IMG/VR virus record: IMGVR_UViG_3300035183_001042
Strand: one strand, 5' to 3'
From: an uncultured virus (IMG/VR IMGVR_UViG_3300035183_001042)
Lineage: Duplodnaviria; Heunggongvirae; Uroviricota; Caudoviricetes
DNA length: 64,000 nt
Positions within the stretch are counted from its first letter, which is position 1, and every line of letters starts with the position of its first letter. Shown here piece by piece: positions 38,685-49,331 of this stretch. The position numbers were made by a program, and so were the translations under genes. The notes under the pieces are model-generated. The model did no database searches. It was given only the letters and a program-made list of their open reading frames with translations, and was not told the DNA's origin.

Positions 38685-39647
38685 ATGGCATTGATCTCGC
38701 CTCCTTCTTTCCGATCTCCTGATCGCTTCTCGGCCCGTTTTTTCTACTCGCCGAGGGGCGTGATTGGTCACTCAATGGTCTTCGCTACCACGGGCCACTC
38801 ATTCATTCGTCGAGCTTGGTCTGTGCTTCAGCAGGTGCAGTGGGAGAGCACTCCGATCTGGCGACAAGGTTTGACGGGGGGCAGTCCTCGTGCGTACCTG
38901 AATAACTACAGTGATGAGTTTGGATCTTCGCTCGTGTATGGAACGCCTTTCTCGACGCAGCGTCCGAGGGGTACGCGCTGGGACAACGACTTCAATCGCG
39001 CTCTATGGTCTTGGTTCTTCCTCAGGTGGAACGAGCAGACCCTGAGGATGAACGCTCCCAGCGCAGCGGATCAGTTCTTCGGAGGAGCGACGTCCAATGA
39101 GCGTGACGGATGGGTTTACACACTCAGTATCATCGAAGAGTGTGAGGTCAACCAACGTGTCTCTCAGAGCGCATTGAAACTCGCTTGCTTGATGGTAGCT
39201 GACTCCTTTGGACTTGTGGACAACGCGACCACCATGCTCGTCTCTCTCGAAGACGGCACGGTACCGATGCTCTACAACGTGGATCCGCCCCTTCCAACGT
39301 TCGCCTCGGCTACGAGAGGGTACGAATTCAAGGTCTGGGCAAGGGATGGTGGCACCCCCGAGACGGGTTCATTCTTGACGGACACTCCCTCCGACGGCGG
39401 AGGAGGCACCGGAACAGGCGGAGGAGGCACCGGAACAGGCGGAGGAGGCGCCGGAACAGGCGGAGGAGGCACTGGTACAGGTACGGGCACAGGAACGCCT
39501 CCTGGTGGTACTGGCGGCGGTTCTACACTTGACACGCCCAGCTCGATCCCAGGAACAGTGGTGACGGTCGCAGCGATAGCTGGCGTATTCCTGCTTATTG
39601 CTGGAGCAAGCGTGATCATGCTCGCTCCGAAGGAAGGCGATGTCTGA
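38685..39647 (+). CDS. membrane-anchored protein with Gly/Thr stalk; paralog of 41185-42318
   Basis: Shared FxRALWS...EQTxR...AxDQF...DNATT; C-terminal TM. Confidence 0.75.
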   Translation: MALISPPSFRSPDRFSARFFYSPRGVIGHSMVFATTGHSFIRRAWSVLQQVQWESTPIWRQGLTGGSPRAYLNNYSDEFGSSLVYGTPFSTQRPRGTRWDNDFNRALWSWFFLRWNEQTLRMNAPSAADQFFGGATSNERDGWVYTLSIIEECEVNQRVSQSALKLACLMVADSFGLVDNATTMLVSLEDGTVPMLYNVDPPLPTFASATRGYEFKVWARDGGTPETGSFLTDTPSDGGGGTGTGGGGTGTGGGGAGTGGGGTGTGTGTGTPPGGTGGGSTLDTPSSIPGTVVTVAAIAGVFLLIAGASVIMLAPKEGDV

Positions 39648-40558
39648 TGGGCTTCTTTGTTGTTCTTGCTGAGCACTGCTCAAACTCGCCGTTCTCCGTC
39701 GGCAACTTCGCGACGATGACGTACGAGAACATTGCGCAAGCGTTTCGTGCGGCCAATCGCGATGGACGCGGAGGGAACTTCGTAGGTCCAGGTCCTCGAG
39801 TGACGCGACGATCGGCTATGCAGGATCTCGGTACGTTAACGCTCCCGCATGGTTGCATGACTCAGACGAGCGCCGCTTGGTTGTACGAGTACACCGAGCC
39901 TCCTGCGGACATTGATCGCACAGCCTACGTCAAGACGATCCAGAACCAGATGAGGAGCGATCTTCAAAGAACGCTTTCATCGACTGCGGTCAGCGTTGGT
40001 GGAGATTGGGCTCCTCCTGTGTTTGTTGACTACAATTCAGAGTTGAACGGCCATGTGGAGTATTGGCTCTCAGGGCAGGCGACCAACACAAGGACACGCA
40101 ACGGTCCTGATGTCGGAGCAGAAGAGAACCGCGTCGGGCCTGACAATGCTCCACAGTTTCAGAGGCGCGACACTGTGCCGAATAACAAGTGGTGGCTGCT
40201 TGGAGGTGCTGCTATCATTGGTACAGGCGTGATCTTGTATGTTGGATGGAAGGCATCTAAACTCGAAGTATTTGGTCCAAGAGTTACAAGACACAGTCCT
40301 TTGACTCCGTTGCCTGAGCCATATGGTCCGAATCCATATGGTCCGAATCCATATGGTCCGAATCCATATGGTCCGAATCCATATGGTCCGAATCCATATG
40401 GTCCGAATCCATATGGTCCGAATCCATATGGTCGAATGGCTTACGGCAAGCGATCTATCCATTTGCCACGCAAAGAGGCGTCGACGAAGATCAAGCTGAA
40501 GAGCCTTGACAAGGCCGATGTCAAAGCGTCCAGACTTTCGCAAAAGGGAAAGCGATGA
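39647..40558 (+). CDS. membrane protein with (PYGPN)7 repeat
   Basis: TM WWLLGGAAIIGTGVILYVGW; perfect 15-bp repeat at 40319-40423. Confidence 0.75.
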   Translation: MGFFVVLAEHCSNSPFSVGNFATMTYENIAQAFRAANRDGRGGNFVGPGPRVTRRSAMQDLGTLTLPHGCMTQTSAAWLYEYTEPPADIDRTAYVKTIQNQMRSDLQRTLSSTAVSVGGDWAPPVFVDYNSELNGHVEYWLSGQATNTRTRNGPDVGAEENRVGPDNAPQFQRRDTVPNNKWWLLGGAAIIGTGVILYVGWKASKLEVFGPRVTRHSPLTPLPEPYGPNPYGPNPYGPNPYGPNPYGPNPYGPNPYGPNPYGRMAYGKRSIHLPRKEASTKIKLKSLDKADVKASRLSQKGKR

Positions 40559-41019
40559 AAGTCTCAGGGTCGAAAGAACTCGGATTCTCGATGCATTGCT
40601 GCGGAGACGACGATCACGGCCACGGTCACAATCCAAGTTCAGGGCTCTCAGCTCAGCGAGCTGGAGAAGTGGCAGCCGAGAGGGATGCAGCACGAATCGT
40701 GGTTCGTCTGCAGCGTCTTTACCGGTTCGACAGCCCCTCAGACCCTGGAGTGTGTATGGTTGTTCAGAACAGGCTTCGGGAGCACGCCGAGCAGCTCGCC
40801 GCAAAAATGGGCGGTTCTGACACCGCAAGGGGCGACTTCGTGGATGGTTTCATGAGTGCCGCGATGACTCATGTCTTTCGCCGCCCATCTGCTTTGCAGC
40901 GATCCTCTCCGAGCGGAGCTGTCACAAGGTCCACTGGCGTTGTCATGGCCGGTGTAGGCGTTGCGATCTTGGCTGGGGCTGGTGTTGCTCACTGGTGGCT
41001 CAAGAAGCACCCATCCTGA
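40555..41019 (+). CDS. small protein with C-terminal TM anchor
   Basis: PSGAVTRSTGVVMAGVGVAILAGAGVAHWWLKK. Confidence 0.65.
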   Translation: MKVSGSKELGFSMHCCGDDDHGHGHNPSSGLSAQRAGEVAAERDAARIVVRLQRLYRFDSPSDPGVCMVVQNRLREHAEQLAAKMGGSDTARGDFVDGFMSAAMTHVFRRPSALQRSSPSGAVTRSTGVVMAGVGVAILAGAGVAHWWLKKHPS

Positions 41020-41184
41020 GAATGTCGGCTGTCGGTCGGCGTACTCTCAGATTTTGTTTCCACGTATGCGCAGACGCGCGCTAGGGTGTGTTGACAAAAA
41101 AAGGGGGATGGGGGGTGCTGCAGAAAGCATAGGTCGATTTGTGTCGTCACCCACCCCCGTGTTGACACTGACAACCGCCAGCAA

Positions 41185-42318
41185 TCAGGTCGATTCGGTC
41201 TTCGCACGATACGCCGAATACGCCGCCCACGCCGAACCGCTGAGCACCAGCGTGGCCCCCACGGAGTACCCAGCGGCGATCAGCAAGGCGCTCGAGGTAT
41301 TCGACGTCGAACCAGCCATGTCCGCGGCAGTCGGCCCTGGAGCCGTAGGGAACGCTGGCGCCGCAGGCCGGCGCACGACAGGGGTAGGCGACAATCCCGC
41401 TTGAGGCATCGAAGTCTCTGGCGCTGGCGCCGAGGGAGAAGAGCCAAGCGTCGACGGCTGCGGAGACAGCGACGCCCCCGACCCGGCACAGACGACCGTC
41501 GACGTGACGTTGCCGGTCACATCGAGGCGATAGATTTCCAGTCTCGAAGCCATCCCGTTCATCCAGTCTCGGGCCAACCAAATCGCGGAGTACGGTGTCG
41601 ATACCGCTGACCCTCCAGACATGGGCAGAGGCAAAACCTCACCGTACCGTGGCAGCTGCGTCCCAGCGAGCAACTGCACAAGCGGAGTCGTCGCGTTGTC
41701 GAGCAAATGCTGATTCGCAAGCGCCGCCATCGCAGCAAGTTTGAATGCTGCAGGGGTGATTGTCCCCGTCCGCTCGACGGCGCGGATCGATTCCAGCTTC
41801 GCGAGCCAGTCCTGCGTATGATCCGTCGTCGACCTGCCAGCGAACTGGTCGATTGCTCGAGGAAGACGCTGGCGAATCGTCTGATCTTCCCAGACCCTGA
41901 AGTAGAACGACCACAGAGCCCTTGTGAAGTCTTCTCCCCAGATCGCATCGTTATGCATCCAGTTGTACGTACGACGCTCGGGAGAGCCGGTCAGTGCGTA
42001 GACACCCATAAGCCCAAGCTCAGATGACACAGACTGTCTTGGGTACGTACGGAGAAACGCCCGCCATGCGAGCCCAACGAGATGCGATCCTGTTCCTGCC
42101 CACACCCACGTCCTATCCTCTCCTCGACGAACGAACAACAGCCGCCCAGAGAGAGGGGAAGAGCTGCGGAAGTCAGGTGTTCCTCCATGGAGGACATGGT
42201 CACAGATGGTCGATGACATGGACGAATCCTCGCTGATCGAGAATCCTCCAGCAAGGTGACCGATCAACTTGTCATCGTCTAGCTCGGCTCGCGGTAACGA
42301 GAGCTCCATCCATATCAT
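41185..42318 (-). CDS. membrane-anchored protein; paralog of 38685-39647
   Basis: DAIWGEDFTRALWSFY...DNATT; Pro/Ser stalk; TM. Confidence 0.75.
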   Translation of the reverse strand: MIWMELSLPRAELDDDKLIGHLAGGFSISEDSSMSSTICDHVLHGGTPDFRSSSPLSGRLLFVRRGEDRTWVWAGTGSHLVGLAWRAFLRTYPRQSVSSELGLMGVYALTGSPERRTYNWMHNDAIWGEDFTRALWSFYFRVWEDQTIRQRLPRAIDQFAGRSTTDHTQDWLAKLESIRAVERTGTITPAAFKLAAMAALANQHLLDNATTPLVQLLAGTQLPRYGEVLPLPMSGGSAVSTPYSAIWLARDWMNGMASRLEIYRLDVTGNVTSTVVCAGSGASLSPQPSTLGSSPSAPAPETSMPQAGLSPTPVVRRPAAPAFPTAPGPTAADMAGSTSNTSSALLIAAGYSVGATLVLSGSAWAAYSAYRAKTEST

Positions 42319-42851
42319 CTACCTCGAGATGGTCGATGACGAGTGCCTAGAGCAACTCGGCGAGATCGATTCCAGCGTTCGGCGCCCCAGCGCGAGCCGA
42401 CGCGATCCTACGGTCACAGTTTTTCTGCGGGATCTCCGTGTAGTACGAGTGCCTCTTCTCCATGGAGTCACCTGCGACGAGCGAGCTGCGATCTAGACTT
42501 CGTGATTGTATTGCGCGGCTGCTTGTCATTCGATTCGAATAAGCCATTGGAGAAGGCATGGACGTCGGCAGCCCTACAATCGGACCAAATGCCGAATAGG
42601 GTACGTCTGCGGAGGCTGAGGAGTAGGACCGTAGGGCATCACGAAGTCCCGACGAGGCATACGATAGATGATCTTCGAAGCGATGAACGCCGTGACTCCG
42701 AGCCCGACGAGAACTCATCCGCCGATCACGAACGCCTTGTCCCGAAGACCCAGGGCGATCTCGATCCGCTCGATTCCGCGCGCTTGTACATGAAGCGCGC
42801 AGAAAGAGGCTCTCCCGAGTTGAACGATGGAGGATAGAGAAGTGGCATGAG

Positions 42852-43034
42852 TCAGTCCTTCCGAAGCGACGCTACCACAAGAACACCCACGAAGACTCCT
42901 AGGCCAAGTGCGAGGCTCCGTCGGACCTGCGCAGACAGATCGCTCCCTGAAGATGCAGCAACTTTGTCCGTGGCCAGAGCCGTGATCTTCGAAGGAGACA
43001 GTTGGAGCGACTTGACCTGGTTCTTGCGAGCCAT
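42852..43034 (-). CDS. small TM-tailed protein
   Basis: SSGSDLSAQVRRSLALGLGVFVGVLVVASLRKD. Confidence 0.6.
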   Translation of the reverse strand: MARKNQVKSLQLSPSKITALATDKVAASSGSDLSAQVRRSLALGLGVFVGVLVVASLRKD

Positions 43035-43053
43035 GCCAAGACTCTACCAGACT

Positions 43054-45339
43054 TCAGTGCAGACCGATGTGAACGTCAGCGCCGTAGTATCCAACGCTAA
43101 GCTGCACTCTGCCGTTAGGGAGCCTTCGATACCCCACCGCCGTGCCGGCCTCTGGCCCATTGCGAACTAGATCCACATTCTTCGGAAGCGTCTTGCCTGC
43201 TGGAGGCACATACCCAAGCGTCGGCACCTTCGATGCGCATCGGTGAACTGCGCCTGTCATCGCCTGAAAGTCTTCGAATGACTTCTGGTTTGAAAACACC
43301 GCCGCGCGCTCCTCAGAGGTAAGAGACATGTCCGAGCAGTTGCCGCAGATCAACGGGCAGCTGCCACTCGAAGAGCGACGGGCCGCAGCGAAGATCGAGT
43401 GGACGAGAAGCGCCGCGAGCTTCTTTTGCTGCTTCTTCGCAGACAACGTCGGGTTTTTGCGCGACTTGTTCTTTGCGTAGAATTTCTCCGCAGCTTTAAG
43501 TGAGTAGAAACCTTCGTCTCGAGCGATATCTTCTCGTACCGCAAGAGCGATCCGCTCATCTCCGAGCATCGCAGAAAGCGCCCGATTCAACACCTGACCG
43601 CGCAGAGACAGCAAGCGCTCTCGCTCGTACTCGGAACGCATCGCAGAGGCTTCTTTCGGATCCTCAGGCCACTCTGACGGAGGATCCAGTTGCTTGAACT
43701 CTGATCCTCTCACCTCAACTCCGAAGCGCTTGAGCAATAGTCTCTCTGCGTCTTCGAACGAACGAATGTCTCCGAGCTCCACGATGCCCCTCATCTGGTC
43801 GATGGACACGCCCGGAAGCGGAGGCTGCTCTGGAAGAGCAAGATTCTCTGGATCGATCTGCTTGATCGAGCGAAGTTGCGAACGAAAATCAATCGCGTTG
43901 AAAAAGCCCCTCGTGATGGGCAACTGCAAGATCATCTTCTCCGCGACCGACCCAGCGTAGGTCGAGGCGTTGCTCAGGTTGAGCACGTAATTGTCTGGCC
44001 AGAACGACCTGCCGAGATGCTGGTCAACGTAGACGAACTCTCCCCAGCACTTGGAATATCCGTAAACTTGAATGGCGCCGAGTTCTCCCGAAGCAAAACG
44101 CTTCCCCATCACTGCATCCCGCTCAGACAACTCGCCCATCTGACGAACTGCATTCATCCAGCACGCCACCGTGTCCGGATCTCCCATGTCTCCGTCGACA
44201 AATAGACGGCAGAAGACGACGCGCCCCCCAGCTGCTGGATTCTTGTGATCTCGAAGAGACATCCGACCTTTGCGAAGGTGGATCTTCGTGATCGAAGCGG
44301 CCTTACGAAGGACCAATGTCTTGACGTACTGCTGCCACGATCGATCAAGGTTCGAAAATCCGCCCTCGACGTCGGTCCAGTAGCTAAGTCCAGCTGATCC
44401 GTCACCCGCACGTCGCTCGACATCAAACATCCTCGAGCTCGTAGCAGCCAGCGTGTTGAGAAACTGCCGCGCAAATGCCGCAGGATACCTCCACGCCTTG
44501 AAGGAGTAGCACCATCCAGAAGCAGCCGTACCTGTGGATGCGTCCTTCTTGTATACCCCACACGCGCCAGCGCCTGGGCAGGTAGCCATCGGCAGTTCGC
44601 TGTAAGCCAGAAACGGCAACTTCGAATTGCCGTCCCCCGCGAGCACTCCCCACCGAATGCCAAACGGGATCGCTCGTCCAGAGTCTGAAATTCCAAAGAT
44701 CGTTCGCTCATGCACCGGACGAGATAGCTGCGCGCGAACGAATCGAACCGCTGAGATCATCGTCGAGAACGCACCCACCCAATTCGTCATCGACTTACTG
44801 GCTCGAGCGTCAGGTACGAACTGATCACCCTTCATCGAAGCGCGCTTTCGGTAGACCCTCATGGCCTCGACACGACGCTTGATCAGCAAGGCCTCAAGCT
44901 GCTCAAGACGCTGTCGAAACGACAACATCTTGCTTGGGCCTTCATTGTTCCCAAAGACGTTCACACGTCGCCGTCCATGGAAGACTGCTCCGGATGGTCC
45001 CAAGGCGCGCTCTTCCTTATCCGGCAAAGAAAGACGACCCCATCGGCCAGTTACGAGCATCGCGATCTCGTAGAGTCTACCCATCGGAACGATGGTGTCC
45101 TTAGATCGCTTCGAGTATAATCCTGTGAAATCAGTGGCACCGGATGGGCCCAAAGGCTCTCCTTCGTCGTGAACTCCCAGCCATCCGTCGCTGATCTGCT
45201 GCTTGAGTGAGGCCCTCGTATCAGCAGGCACGTACTGGAGAATATCTTCGAAGGCAGCGTCGAGTTCTGACGCGAAGATGCCGTATCCCCGCGCCATTGG
45301 GGCAGACTCGAACCGCATGTCGTCAGGACGAATTCTCAT
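43054..45339 (-). CDS. large GP88-like protein
   Basis: GNSKLP...TCPGAGAC...WCYS; RLFVDGD; YGYSK; CPLICGNC. Likely start MRIRP at 45339. Confidence 0.65.
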   Translation of the reverse strand: MRIRPDDMRFESAPMARGYGIFASELDAAFEDILQYVPADTRASLKQQISDGWLGVHDEGEPLGPSGATDFTGLYSKRSKDTIVPMGRLYEIAMLVTGRWGRLSLPDKEERALGPSGAVFHGRRRVNVFGNNEGPSKMLSFRQRLEQLEALLIKRRVEAMRVYRKRASMKGDQFVPDARASKSMTNWVGAFSTMISAVRFVRAQLSRPVHERTIFGISDSGRAIPFGIRWGVLAGDGNSKLPFLAYSELPMATCPGAGACGVYKKDASTGTAASGWCYSFKAWRYPAAFARQFLNTLAATSSRMFDVERRAGDGSAGLSYWTDVEGGFSNLDRSWQQYVKTLVLRKAASITKIHLRKGRMSLRDHKNPAAGGRVVFCRLFVDGDMGDPDTVACWMNAVRQMGELSERDAVMGKRFASGELGAIQVYGYSKCWGEFVYVDQHLGRSFWPDNYVLNLSNASTYAGSVAEKMILQLPITRGFFNAIDFRSQLRSIKQIDPENLALPEQPPLPGVSIDQMRGIVELGDIRSFEDAERLLLKRFGVEVRGSEFKQLDPPSEWPEDPKEASAMRSEYERERLLSLRGQVLNRALSAMLGDERIALAVREDIARDEGFYSLKAAEKFYAKNKSRKNPTLSAKKQQKKLAALLVHSIFAAARRSSSGSCPLICGNCSDMSLTSEERAAVFSNQKSFEDFQAMTGAVHRCASKVPTLGYVPPAGKTLPKNVDLVRNGPEAGTAVGYRRLPNGRVQLSVGYYGADVHIGLH

Positions 45340-45343
45340 CGGA

Positions 45344-45640
45344 TCACCTGCGACCGTAATATCCTGGAGGATAACCTTGGTATCCAAGCTGCGGAGCGTA
45401 CCCGTAACCGATCTGAGTCGGCATGCGCGCGTAGCACTCAAGACGAGCAGTGCTGATCTGCTGCTTCAGCAGAAATCGCTGAACCACCAATGCGATAACC
45501 GATACACCCACCAACGCCGTCGCGACGCCAGCCGCGGTCTTGTAGACCGAGACCTCTTCGCGCAAACGTTGATTCAGATCTGTCAGATCCGTGTTGGTCG
45601 GAGATGAGACTTCTCCAGAAGGAGCAGGGGCGTAGAACAT
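45344..45640 (-). CDS. small membrane protein
   Basis: MFYAPAPSG...AAGVATALVGVSVIALVV; Gly/Tyr/Pro-rich tail. Confidence 0.6.
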   Translation of the reverse strand: MFYAPAPSGEVSSPTNTDLTDLNQRLREEVSVYKTAAGVATALVGVSVIALVVQRFLLKQQISTARLECYARMPTQIGYGYAPQLGYQGYPPGYYGRR

Positions 45641-45720
45641 GATGCGATCATACTCGCATAGACGCCCAAGAGAAAAGCAACCCGCGCCATCACCACGCGG
45701 TCACCGCTTGAGCATGAAGA

Positions 45721-46242
45721 TCACCACGAGAGCCACTGCAATCCGCTGTCGTAGATGCGGATCACCTGGTACTGCACCGTCAGAGCGCTGCTCACTCCGT
45801 CGACCGTGGCCGACAAGTTGACCTTGAACGCGCCAGGGGCGCCAGAGAGCTTGAGGATCAGCACGCGGCCCGGAGCCACAGGGTTCGGGAACGGGATCGT
45901 CAGCGTCCGATCCGCAGTGAGCGCCACGTCGTACTCGACGATGACGTCGTCGTTTTTCACCGTGTAGTCAACGTTCGCGATCTGACGCAGCGGCAGGCGA
46001 AGCCCACCAAGGATCGCCGAGATCCCGTTGCTGATGCCGATCAAGCCTGGACCATCTGGCATCCACGAGGCCGCGTGAGGCGCGATCGCCGACGGCTGCG
46101 CGACGTAGAACGACTTCTCGCCCTCGACCCAGATTCTGGTGCCGAGCGGAACGCTGGTGGCAGGTGGGAGCTGCGAGACGGCGTCGACGTAGCGGTTCGA
46201 GAGGTTGTTGGCCGAAATGGGCGCGGACGTGGCAAAGGGCAT
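45721..46242 (-). CDS. putative virion spike/fibre protein
   Basis: DYTV..DD.IV..D....RTLTIP.....GRVLILK...TVDG.....QYQ..R......W beta-rich pattern seen in phage fibre proteins; strong GC3 codon bias. Confidence 0.55.
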   Translation of the reverse strand: MPFATSAPISANNLSNRYVDAVSQLPPATSVPLGTRIWVEGEKSFYVAQPSAIAPHAASWMPDGPGLIGISNGISAILGGLRLPLRQIANVDYTVKNDDVIVEYDVALTADRTLTIPFPNPVAPGRVLILKLSGAPGAFKVNLSATVDGVSSALTVQYQVIRIYDSGLQWLSW

Positions 46243-46256
46243 CGAAAGACTCCTGA

Positions 46257-46484
46257 TCAGGGTTCGGAAGAAGAAGCAGTCACGGGCTTGCGTCGCCCGA
46301 TCAAGCGGGAGAGTACCGTACCCAAGGTGACGCCCGCAAGAAAGGTAGTGGTCGTCGTGAGCACAAGCTTCACGAACGCGGTTTGTGCCAAAATATCGGA
46401 CTCGCTCTCGGGATATACGACCTCCGAAGCAGCGCCAGCCACAGAAGAAACCGAGCTATGGATGTTCTGCGCAATGGGCATCAC
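46257..46484 (-). CDS. small TM-tailed protein
   Basis: Hydrophobic helix followed by RRK; ATGA-coupled to the upstream ORF. Confidence 0.55.
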   Translation of the reverse strand: MMPIAQNIHSSVSSVAGAASEVVYPESESDILAQTAFVKLVLTTTTTFLAGVTLGTVLSRLIGRRKPVTASSSEP

Positions 46485-46873
46485 GACCTCCTGTCCATCA
46501 CAAATCCGCTCGCGATGCCTAGCAAAAGAGCCCCAGCGAGCACAAGGTGCTGCTTTCGCTCTTCCTTGAGACGAGCGAGCCGCTGTTCTGGCGTCTCCGT
46601 CGGCGTCGGTAGTCTCGGAAGCGGCTCTGCAGGAGGAGCTTCAATGTCCTCTCCTCCGGGGATATCAGTAGTGCCGGAAGGATGAGTTGCAGCCTGACCA
46701 GATGGCCCGACACAGTTGTCAGACACAGACATGATGGGATGAACGTCGGTCCACGTCGGGCCTACACGAACGAACGGAGCCGGAGGCTGATCAGCGGTAG
46801 GTTGGCGAACCTGCGGCATTGTCTGAACAACGTTCTCCTCGTCCAGCCAGTAGTAGTAGTCGACATGATTCAT
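46481..46873 (-). CDS. small TM-tailed protein
   Basis: Two PSG motifs; LVLAGALLLGIASGFVMDRRS. Confidence 0.6.
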   Translation of the reverse strand: MNHVDYYYWLDEENVVQTMPQVRQPTADQPPAPFVRVGPTWTDVHPIMSVSDNCVGPSGQAATHPSGTTDIPGGEDIEAPPAEPLPRLPTPTETPEQRLARLKEERKQHLVLAGALLLGIASGFVMDRRS

Positions 46874-46882
46874 GAAGAATCC

Positions 46883-47467
46883 TCACGGCAAAATCACTGG
46901 AGTCGGACGGTAGTCCTTCGCGATCCAAGTGATCGTACCATTCTCGCCGGTCGTCGCGATAGGGACGCAGCTGTTCGACAAGTGGGCATACCCACCAAGC
47001 GAAAACTGCAGCGGAGACCTCGAGCTGTTGCCTTGGTAGTCCACAATGTTCACGCAGACGTCCAGTGTCCTAAAGATCCTCGCGCTGCAGAACGACACGA
47101 GCAGCCCGGTCTCGTTCGTCTCCGAAGGAAGATACTCGCCTTCGATCACTCGCTCGTTCTCAGGGCCAATCCCAAGCTGAATTCTCCACTTCAGCCTCGG
47201 GTACTGATTGGAGGCACTTGGCCTCGGGCCAACGAATGAGATGTAGATGGAGAACCGGTCGAGCGGACGGTCGAACAGATACGAGCGAATCCCAACGTAC
47301 TCGTCGTTCTCTAGGTTCTCTGGGAGACTTGGGGAAATCTGGCCGTCGATGAATTTAACCGAAAGCGAGTCGAAGCACTCGTACTTCGCTTTGTTCTTCC
47401 GGCACGAGGCCGGATCTGCGAAGTCGATCTGATAGTCTACATTGACTGGTGTGCGGTGCAGAGCCAT
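46883..47467 (-). CDS. beta-rich putative minor capsid protein
   Basis: Alternating hydrophobic beta-strand pattern; adjacent to the capsid candidate. Confidence 0.45.
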   Translation of the reverse strand: MALHRTPVNVDYQIDFADPASCRKNKAKYECFDSLSVKFIDGQISPSLPENLENDEYVGIRSYLFDRPLDRFSIYISFVGPRPSASNQYPRLKWRIQLGIGPENERVIEGEYLPSETNETGLLVSFCSARIFRTLDVCVNIVDYQGNSSRSPLQFSLGGYAHLSNSCVPIATTGENGTITWIAKDYRPTPVILP

Positions 47468-47590
47468 CGCCGGATTGTACCAGCACTGCGTGCTCCACAA
47501 AAGACATCGGCACGCATCTCGTCTTCAGCGAGAGTGCGTGCCGATGAGGTCCGCGATCGCTCCTTCACAGGAGCGTCGAGGAGAGATCAA

Positions 47591-48715
47591 TCAGCGACCG
47601 TTGATCGCGTCCTTGATCTGCGCCTTCTGGTCGGCGGGGAGTTTGGCGATGGCGTCCTTCAACGACTCGAACTCAAGTCCCGTCGGCACGCCATTTTGAT
47701 CGACACAGATCATGCCGCCCGTCAACTTGAGTCGCAGCCCGACGAAGATCGAGTTGCGGAACGGCGACGACTGAGAAATCGCCGGCGAGAGCGACCCGGG
47801 GATCGGGTTGACCGGATCGCTGTCGATCACGCCCACCGAATCGACGTCGAGCAGGAAGCGGAAGCGGTTGCTTGTCACGAGCTTCGGAGCGCGACCCGCC
47901 AGGATCGGGAGCGGCAAGAGCTTCAGCGCGTACATCATTGGCTGTCCGCCGGCGACATTGCCGCCACCGAAGAACTCCGAGTACGCCGTCCAGTCGGCGC
48001 ACGCGCCGAGGTTGTAGTCGAGTCCGTTCTTGGAGAACTTCTCGCCCTCACGAGCGATTCGGATCGTCGCATGACGAGCCAGGTACTCCTGGATGCGGCG
48101 GGTGTACGCGCCCTGATCGCGGATCGCCCACGCCGAACGCTGACGCGCGATCGTTCCGTCGCTCGCCGAACCACCCATGGGGTTCGGGACTGCCTCGAAG
48201 ATGCCGACCCACTCGACGCCCACCGCGCTCACGAAGAAGTCCACGAGCTGGTTGCTCGTGAGTTCCGCTCCGCCTTCGCGCGTGTCGACCGAGTCGAGAC
48301 CGTCGGTGTCCGACTTCGACAGGACCCACGGCGATCCCTCACCCGGAAGCACGCTCGTGCCGGGGACCGCGGGAGGAGCCGAGTACAGGTGGTCTGTCTG
48401 GCCCTTGGAGCCAGGCCGCAGGCCGTTTGCGAACCACTCGTAGGTGGGCGCTCCGCCGTTGACGCCTGCGCCCGATTCGTTCGGCCCGGCCGCGAGGAAG
48501 AGGTTGCCGTTCGCGTCGAGCTCGAAGCGCACGAAAACCGTAGAGTAGCGGTCGACCTTCTCGCCGTGGAAGAAGTTGCGGAACAATCGGTCGCACGCGG
48601 CGATCGAACTCTCTGGGAGTTGCAGGTACTTGATCGTCGCCTGGAGGTTGCCAGAGAATGTCTGATCGCACTCCTGATACGAGCGCGCGGTCTGCATCAC
48701 GAGATCGGATTCCAT
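47591..48715 (-). CDS. candidate major capsid protein (jelly-roll type?)
   Basis: 374 aa, soluble, beta-strand-rich (RYSTVFVRF, DFFVSAVGVEW, FRFLLDV, VGLRLKLTG); very strong C/G-ending codon bias; RBS AGGAG. The fold is inferred, not demonstrated. Confidence 0.45.
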   Translation of the reverse strand: MESDLVMQTARSYQECDQTFSGNLQATIKYLQLPESSIAACDRLFRNFFHGEKVDRYSTVFVRFELDANGNLFLAAGPNESGAGVNGGAPTYEWFANGLRPGSKGQTDHLYSAPPAVPGTSVLPGEGSPWVLSKSDTDGLDSVDTREGGAELTSNQLVDFFVSAVGVEWVGIFEAVPNPMGGSASDGTIARQRSAWAIRDQGAYTRRIQEYLARHATIRIAREGEKFSKNGLDYNLGACADWTAYSEFFGGGNVAGGQPMMYALKLLPLPILAGRAPKLVTSNRFRFLLDVDSVGVIDSDPVNPIPGSLSPAISQSSPFRNSIFVGLRLKLTGGMICVDQNGVPTGLEFESLKDAIAKLPADQKAQIKDAINGR

Positions 48716-48884
48716 CGTAGTCTCCTTTGCGAGGGATACTATCCCTCTGCGTTGTTCGAAGACCGACTATATGACGGAAGATTCATTCGTCAAAATCACG
48801 TTTGCCTGCAAAAACTCAGTAGTTTGCGCATGCGTGACAGGAGTTACTCGTCGAGGCTGTTGATGTGTTGAAAAGTCAACACTG

Positions 48885-49331
48885 TCAGCTAGCTGGAATC
48901 ACATCCCCTTGCGGAGTCAGAATGAATGCTCCTGAGTTCGAGAGCTGAAGATGACCAGACGGAGCCGATGATGGCGCGGACGATGACGCCGGCAGCGGAG
49001 GAGCCTCTGCGGGTGATTCCCGGACAGCCATTGATGTCTCAACGCTCTCGAGGAGCGCGGGAACAGCCGAAGCGACACCTCCCAGTAGCACGCCCGTCCC
49101 AAGCCTCGGGCTCTTGCTGCCGACGAGCGCTCCACCCACAACCGAAGTACTAGCCACGAGCGCTGCTCGCGTCAGCGGGTTGAGTCTCGTTGTTCGACGA
49201 AGCGCCTCCGCCACGACAGAGACTCCCACCGCGCCGATGACTCCGGCAGCCGAGTGGGACAGAAACATGATGAAAGGAGACGGAACTCTCACCTTCGTTC
49301 GCTGCAGGATCACGCCTTCTTGCAATGGCAT
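48885..49331 (-). CDS. Gly/Ala-rich multi-TM protein
   Basis: Three Gly-rich hydrophobic segments; lies upstream of the capsid candidate. Confidence 0.6.
   Translation of the reverse strand: MPLQEGVILQRTKVRVPSPFIMFLSHSAAGVIGAVGVSVVAEALRRTTRLNPLTRAALVASTSVVGGALVGSKSPRLGTGVLLGGVASAVPALLESVETSMAVRESPAEAPPLPASSSAPSSAPSGHLQLSNSGAFILTPQGDVIPAS

Noticed and set aside
47456..48871. 471-aa plus-strand ORF and other long antisense ORFs (e.g. 53944-55140, 16025-16933)
   Set aside because: These are Arg/His-rich shadow frames caused by GC3 bias on the real minus-strand genes.
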